A DNA stretch of 64,000 nucleotides from assembly GCF_001194135.2 (NCBI RefSeq), contig NC_068986.1:43989351-44053350 (forward strand). The letters are read 5' to 3'. This DNA comes from Octopus bimaculoides (lineage: Eukaryota). The position numbers and the translations under genes are program-made. Shown here piece after piece: positions 61,071-64,000 of this stretch; within the stretch, counting starts at the first letter, position 1; each line of letters opens with the position of its first letter. Below the pieces are notes generated by a model, which worked only from the letters and a program-made list of their open reading frames with translations, had not been told where the DNA came from and made no database searches.

Positions 61071-62363
61071 TCTAAAGTCCTAAAGTGTCAGTGTCACCAA
61101 ACCAGCTCTCTAAGACTTCTTTATTAAGGAAGGATATAATGTTAGTGTAGAAACAACAGATCACATCGCTGAAATTGTTTGTTTCTTCTATCAATTAAAT
61201 GTTTTACAAACATTGAGAAATGGGTTAAATATAAAGGAAAGGTCAAATGCAATAGTTATTTTTATATTCAGAATTATAGTATTGAGTTGAAAGAGACCAA
61301 ATGCTGCCTTGTATATCTAGGGTTTTTTTTTTTTATAAATTCACCAATCTTTATATTTTTTTTTTGTTAATATTCAAATTGTAAAATTAACTAAAATTAT
61401 ATTTTTTTTAACCATTTAACTACCAAACCTTCTGTTTCCTTAATAACATTCCTCATCATTGTTTTCATCATCAATTACAATCTTTTTAACGGATTTCTCT
61501 AAGTTCTTTTTTTTTATTTGCCTTTTACTAGTTTTAGCCAATTCTTAGATCAAATAAAATCTCCATTATCCTATCACCTTTATCCATATTTTTCTTGCCG
61601 CCATTCTGTCACTATTATTCTTTGACATTCTTTTTCAGGTATTACCTTGATTATTACTCTCTGACATCTCTATATATTTGCTTTGTTCATACATCCATTC
61701 TTACAATTAAAACTTTCTTCTAAGTTCAAGTATTGAATATATATTATATATATATTTTCAACTCAGCCTTCATATACTGTCTTTTTTTCTGAAGTACAGA
61801 ACCATATGATATTTTGAGAAATTTCCAATTTCTTTTACTATTTCTCAATGTTTGTAAAACAGTTAAGTTTTATCAATATGATATCCTCCATCAATTAAGG
61901 CATCAGTGTCACAGAGGATGCTCATATGTAATGAGTAACTTTGAATAAACTTTTACACTCCAGGTATCAAAAACATTTCAGATCTAACCATGCCACTGCT
62001 GATTTAGGTTGAAAACTCTTCACTAAATGTGAACTTTCAAGTGGCTTCCACTTATTGGAAGACTTGATCTGAACACTTTAATCTAATAAAATCCTGCCCC
62101 TTGCAGCAGTAAATTCTATCTACCTCATGGTGCACATTTGGTTGAATGAACAAGCATAAATTATGCTCACCTGCTGACCTGTAATTGTGGAGGGAACCTG
62201 TGGAAGCCAAGCCAAAATAGAGACTGGAGTCTGGTGCAGCTCTCCAGTATATCAGATCCAGTCAGACTGTCTTACCCATGCCAGCATGGAAAACAGGCGT
62301 TAAGTGGTGGTGGTGGCAGCAATGCCAGAATTATTGTTATTATTATTATCATCATCATTATTT

Positions 62364-62582
62364 AGGCAGCAAGCTGGCAGAATCATTAGCATGCCAGGCG
62401 AAATGCTTAACAGTATTTCATCTGCCGCTATGTTCTAAGTTCAAATTCCACTAAGGTCGCCTTTGCCTTTCGTCTTTTTGCAGTTGATAGATTAAGTACC
62501 AGTGAAACACTGGAGTTGATGTAATCAACTAGCCCCTCCCCAAAAATTTCAGGCCTTGTGCCTTTAGTAGAAAGGATTATTA
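62364..62582 (+). mobile_element. tRNA-derived SINE family C (copies 35427-35645, 50240-51840 split by the LTR, minus-strand 29620-29830)
   Basis: Shared ggcggcaagctggcagaatc..gttcaaattcc..gtcgactttgcctttc..taagtaccag body. Confidence 0.8.
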
Positions 62583-63160
62583 ATGCCAACCTCTCCTTCA
62601 TTGGACACTAAACTCTGCTTGCGAAGACCTGTTGGGGCAGGTGAAATCGAAATCGTGGTTGAACCAAATTCGATGACTGGCACCCATGCCAGTGGAGCAC
62701 TAACAGCACCATCCGAGTGGGATCACTGCCAGAGCAGCGGTCTGGCTTCTGTACCGGTGGCATGTAAAAAGCACCATTTGAACGTGATCGTTACGAGCAT
62801 CGCCTTACTGGCAATTGTGCCGGTGGCACGTGAAAAAACATTCAAGCAAGGTCATTGTCAGTGCTGCTTGACTGGCTCCTGTGCAGGTGGCATGTAAAAA
62901 ACGCCATTTTGAGCGTGGCCGTTGCCAGTACTGCCTGACTGGCTCTCGTGCCTGACTGGCTCTCGTGCCAGTGGCACGTAAAAGCACTCACTACACTCTT
63001 GGAGTGGTTGGCGTTAGGAAGGACATCCAGCTGTAGAAACTTTACCAGATCACATTGGAGCCTGGTGCAGCCATCTCGTTCGCCAGTCCTCAGTCAAATC
63101 ATCCAACTCATGCTAGCATGGAAGGCAGACGTTAAATGATGATGTTGATGATGATGAACA
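62583..63160 (+). repeat. RTE-3'UTR-derived composite repeat (inverted relative at 27399-28030; tail-only copies at ~61, 10580, 14640, 15875, 18960, 19510, 20670, 21740, 22080, 25530, 25960, 28200, 29950, 31420, 48250, 58820, 62200)
   Basis: Recurrent aggaagggcatccagctgtagaaa...aacccatgctagcatggaaa..ggacgttaaa(tga)n motif on both strands. Confidence 0.85.
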
Positions 63161-63339
63161 CACTGGATTTTTAATTATACATACATTCAGAGCATTGAAT
63201 GAAAAACAGCACATTATTTTCTTAGATACAGGATCCCAACCATAAGTAAGTATAACTATATTTGTATAATTAGAATTGGTAATGCATATTTTCTTGAATT
63301 ATGTGTTTGTTGAATCTTAACTGTGAACTTTATTTCTAG

Positions 63340-63614
63340 AATCTGCTCCACAAATGGTTTCACGGGAAACTAAATCAAAGAAATCTAAAAAGAAATCAGC
63401 TACATCTCACATGCATAATTCTGAGCAACTTGAACCTAAACCTGCAGTCATGCCACCACTTGAAGATATTGGTTTCAATCTGCAAGAAAAGGAAGATAAT
63501 TCTGAATTGAATACCTCTGCTCTTGGAAAAATTCTAAAGAATGATTATGAAACTGTCTCCTTCGAGAATGGAATTAGATTATTTGTTGGGAACTTTCCAT
63601 ATGGTACCAGTGAG
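63340..63614 (+). CDS. Exon of RRM-domain protein (ESAPQMVSRETKSKKSKKKS...NGIRLFVGNFPYGTSE)
   Basis: Acceptor ttatttctag, donor GAG|GTAAAG; 275 nt open; ends in RNP2-like LFVGNFPY; Lys-rich NLS-like stretch. Confidence 0.85.
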
Positions 63615-64000
63615 GTAAAGTTTTATTTTAGGTTACTAAAATATTAAGAAATACATTTTATATTTATTCATTCATTTGTTTAGCATCCATTTTCCTATAC
63701 CATCTTGGGCTGGCTAGGGGCCTTATATGTGCTAGCATTTTACTGCCAGATGCCCTTAACTGTTTTATAAGTCAGGGTTGTTTTATTCCAAAGGTTTTTT
63801 CAAAAGTGCAGAGTGACAGGTCATAATATCAACAAGGAATTTCAACAGCATTACCATTTCACTCAGGCAATGACAAATGAAGAGATGGAATACCAATATA
63901 GGAAAGTGGTTATACACCCTGCTTTCCTATATTAAATTCTGAAGAAACAACGAAACGCTGACTCTGAACTATCAACACAACAATATTTATTTATGGAGGA

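Noticed and set aside
61621-61645. Recursive splice site ttttcag|gtatta in the long RRM intron
   Set aside because: The regenerated donor is weak and such motifs are common in AT-rich introns; there is no independent support.

Overview
AT-rich, repeat-dense eukaryotic genomic DNA with four N gaps. The SINE/LINE families look like those of Octopus (coleoid cephalopod); this is inferred from recognition, not from a search. Positions 376-35978 on the minus strand carry 21 coding exons of CPSF1/CPSF160. All have GT-AG boundaries and consecutive exons are phase-compatible, giving 2454 nt or 818 codons; the gene runs off the left edge. A second gene on the plus strand (exons 48579-48703 and 63340-63614) encodes an unidentified protein whose RRM RNP2-like motif begins at the end of the second exon; it runs off the right edge. 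The two genes appear to diverge from a CpG-retaining promoter region near 38.0-38.8 kb. The rest is transposon-derived: two decayed full-length Tc1/mariner elements, several MITEs (Merlin-like, hAT, Tc1/mariner, piggyBac-like), tandem Helitrons, a solo LTR, RTE and CR1-group LINE fragments, and several tRNA-derived SINE families, often nested. The most unusual structure is a 572-bp MITE with an 8-bp TSD, two nested inverted-repeat pairs and a central (CCCTAA)n(TTAGGG)n palindrome, 89 bp from a CPSF1 microexon. I found no evidence of a wholly new multi-gene system. Coordinates were counted by hand, repeat boundaries are approximate, and protein comparisons are from memory.
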